NCBI RefSeq assembly: GCF_030028105.1
Contig: NC_092389.1
Location: 7,613,180-7,677,179 of the forward strand
Source: Mobula birostris
Taxonomy: Eukaryota
Direction of reading: 5' to 3'
Length of the DNA stretch: 64,000 bases
A model generated the notes under the pieces. The model did not search any database, was not told the origin of the DNA, and saw only the letters and a list, made by a program, of their open reading frames with translations. Below, piece after piece: positions 61,470 to 64,000 of the stretch (position 1 is its first letter; each line of letters starts with the position of its first letter). The position numbers were made by a program, and so were the translations under genes.

Positions 61470-63712
61470 CTTAAGGTAAAAGGACCCTTAGAAGGAAGTG
61501 ATCATAATATGATCAAATTCACCCTGAATTTTGAGCTGGAGAAACTAGTCAGATGTATCAATATTACAGTGGAGTAAAGGGAATTACAGTGGCATGAGGA
61601 GGAGTTGGCCAGAATTGATTGGAAAAGAACACTGGCAGGGATGACAGCAGAGCAGCAATGGCTGGAATTTCTGGAAGCAATTTGGAAGGCACAAGGTATA
61701 TACATCCCAAAGAGGAAGAAGTATTCTAAAGGAAAGACATAACTGTAGCGAATAAGAGAAGCCAAAGAGAAGGCATATGGTAGAGCAAAAATTGGTAGGA
61801 AGTTAGAGGATTCAGAAGCTTTTAAATACCAACAAGAAGGCAACTAAAAAAGTCATTAAGAAGGTAAAGATGGAATACAAATGTAAGCTAGACAAAATAT
61901 TAAAGAGGATAGCAAAAGTTTCTTCAGATACATAGTGTAAGAGAGAGGTGAGAGTGGAAATTGGACCGCTGGAAAATGATACTGGAGAGGTAGTAATGTG
62001 GGAAAAGGAAATGAAGGACCAACTGAACAAGTACTACGCATCAGCCTTCACTGTGCAAGACACTAGTAGTATGGTGAAATTTCCAGATGTCAGGGTCATG
62101 AAGTGTGTGAAGTTACCATTACTGGGGAGAAGGTTCTTGGGGAATTGAAAGGTCTGAAGGTAGATAAGTCACCTGGACCAGATGGTGTACACCCCAGTGT
62201 TCTAAAAGAGGTGGCTGAAGCGATTGTGGAGGTATTAGTAATGATCTTTAAAGAATCACTAGATTCTGGAATGGCTCAGGAAGAATGGAAAATTGCAAAT
62301 GCCACTCCACTCTTCAAAAATGCAGAGAAAGAGAAGAAAGGAAATTATAGACCAGTTACCCTGACTTCAGTGGTTGGGAAAATGCTGGAGCTGATTCTTA
62401 AGGATGAGGTCTCAGAGTACTTGGAGGCACATCATAAAATAGGTCATAGTTGCTATGGTTTCCTCAAGGGAAAATCTTGCCAGACAAATCTGTTGGAATA
62501 CTACGAAGAAACAAGAAGCAGGATAGACAAAAGAGAATTGGTTGATGTTGTGTATTTGGATTTTCAGAAAGCCTTTGACAAGGTGCCACACATGAGGCTG
62601 CTTAACAAGCTATGAGCCCATGGTACTACAGGGAAGATTCTAGTATATATAAAGCAGTGACTGACTAGCAAGAAGCAAAGGATGGGAATAAAGGGAGCCT
62701 TTTCTGGCTGGCTGCCAGTGACTAGTGGTGTTCTACAGGGTAGATCTTTTTACATTATATGTTAATAACTTGGATGATGGAATTGATGGCTTTGTTGCAA
62801 AGTTTGTAGATGATATGAAGATGGGTGGAGGGGCAGGTAGTTTGGAGGAAGTAGAGAGGCTACAGAAGGACTTGGACAGATTATGAGAATGGGCAAAGAA
62901 GTGGCAGATAGAATACAGTGTCGGGAAGTGTTTGGTCATGCACTTTGGCAGAAGATATGAAAGGGTAGACTATTTTCTAAATGGGGAGAAAATACAAAAA
63001 AAGGGGCACAAAGGGACTTGGCAGTGCTTGTGCAGGATTCGCTAAAAGTTAATTTGAAGGTTGAGTCTCTGGTAAGGAAGGCAAATGTGATGTTAGCATT
63101 CATTTCTGGAAGATTGGATATAATGTTGAGACTTTATAAAGCACTGGTAAGGCCTCACAGAGTATTGTGAGCAGCTTTGGGCCTCTTATCTTAGAAAGGA
63201 TGTGCTGAAACTGGAGAGGGTTCAAAGGAGGTTCACAAAAATGATTCCAGGATTGAATGGCTTGTCATATGAAGAATGTCTGATGGCTCTGGGCCTGTAC
63301 TCACTGGAATTCAGAAGAATGAGGGGTGACCTCATTGAAACCTATGAAATGGTGAAAGGCCTTGATACAGTGGATGTGGAGAGGATGTTTCCTATGGTGG
63401 GAGAGTCTAAAACCAGGGGACACAGCCTCAAAATAGAGGGACATCCTTTTAGAACGGAGATATGGAGGAATTTCTTGAGCCAGAGAGAGGTGAATCTGTT
63501 GAATTCTTTGTCACGGGTAGCTGTGGAGGCCAAGTCTGTATGTATACTAAGGCAGAGGGTGATAGATTTTTGATTGATCAGGGCATGAAGGGATACAGGG
63601 AGAAAGCAGGGAACTGGGGCAGGGAGGAAAATTGGATCAGCCATGATTGAATAGTGGAGCAGACTCGATGGGCCAAACGGCCTAATTCTGCTCCTATATC
63701 TTATGGTCTTAT
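61470..63712 (+). mobile_element. CR1 LINE, 5'-truncated ORF2
   Basis: KSPGPDGVHP, NYRPVTLTSVVGK, YLDFQKAFDKVPH and LERVQRRFTKMIPGL. Tail tcttatggtctta. Confidence 0.93.
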
Positions 63713-63839
63713 TTATTTTATATTTTTATTGTAGCTTATAGTAATTTTTGATATGTTGCACTGTACTGATGCCACGAAGAAACAGATTTCATGACATGTG
63801 CCTGCGATAATAATCCTGATTCTCACTCTGATTTTATAG

Positions 63840-64000
63840 TTTGTCCAATTCCGCCGCCGGGTCATCATCTCCAAAACAGACCGCTTTTTGGGTCGTGTGG
63901 AGTGGTCCGGCAACCTGGCAAGGAAAGATGTCTCCGTCACTATTCATGACATCCAGACTAGTGATGAGGGCATTTACAAGTGTTACGTCTTAAACCCTCC
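63840..64000 (+). CDS. SCN2B: Sodium channel beta-2 subunit, exon 3 (C-half IgV), truncated by window edge
   Basis: attttatag| acceptor. Translates FVQFRRRVIISKTDRFLGRVEWSGNLARKDVSVTIHDIQTSDEGIYKCYVLNPP, matching SCN2B DVSV...DEGIYNCY..NPP. Confidence 0.93.

Overview
Repeat-rich vertebrate genomic DNA. The CR1, Rex1/Babar, Penelope and V-SINE mix points to a cartilaginous fish, probably a ray (inference from repeat content). Two multi-exon Ig-superfamily genes lie on the + strand; both were assembled by hand from splice sites. (1) A JAML/AMICA1-like type I membrane protein of 6 coding exons (4614-25544, ~279 aa) with apparently only one IgV domain, a TM helix and a TYVTM|H (YxxM) tail motif. 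(2) SCN2B, the sodium channel beta-2 subunit, with exons 1-3 (31753-64000) running off the right edge. The remainder is transposon-derived: a near full-length CR1 LINE, many CR1 and Rex/Babar fragments, Tc1 remnants, a hAT MITE, tRNA- and V-SINEs, an R4/Dong-like fragment with a restriction-like endonuclease, solo LTRs and a decayed Ty3/Gypsy element with a PNMA-like Gag. The most striking hidden structure is a family of Penelope-like termini carrying a minimal type-I hammerhead ribozyme with a palindromic ACGU helix III. Four of these are bipartite inverted cassettes, each flanked by a 10-14 bp target-site duplication. Most ORFs in the supplied track are transposon fragments or spurious.
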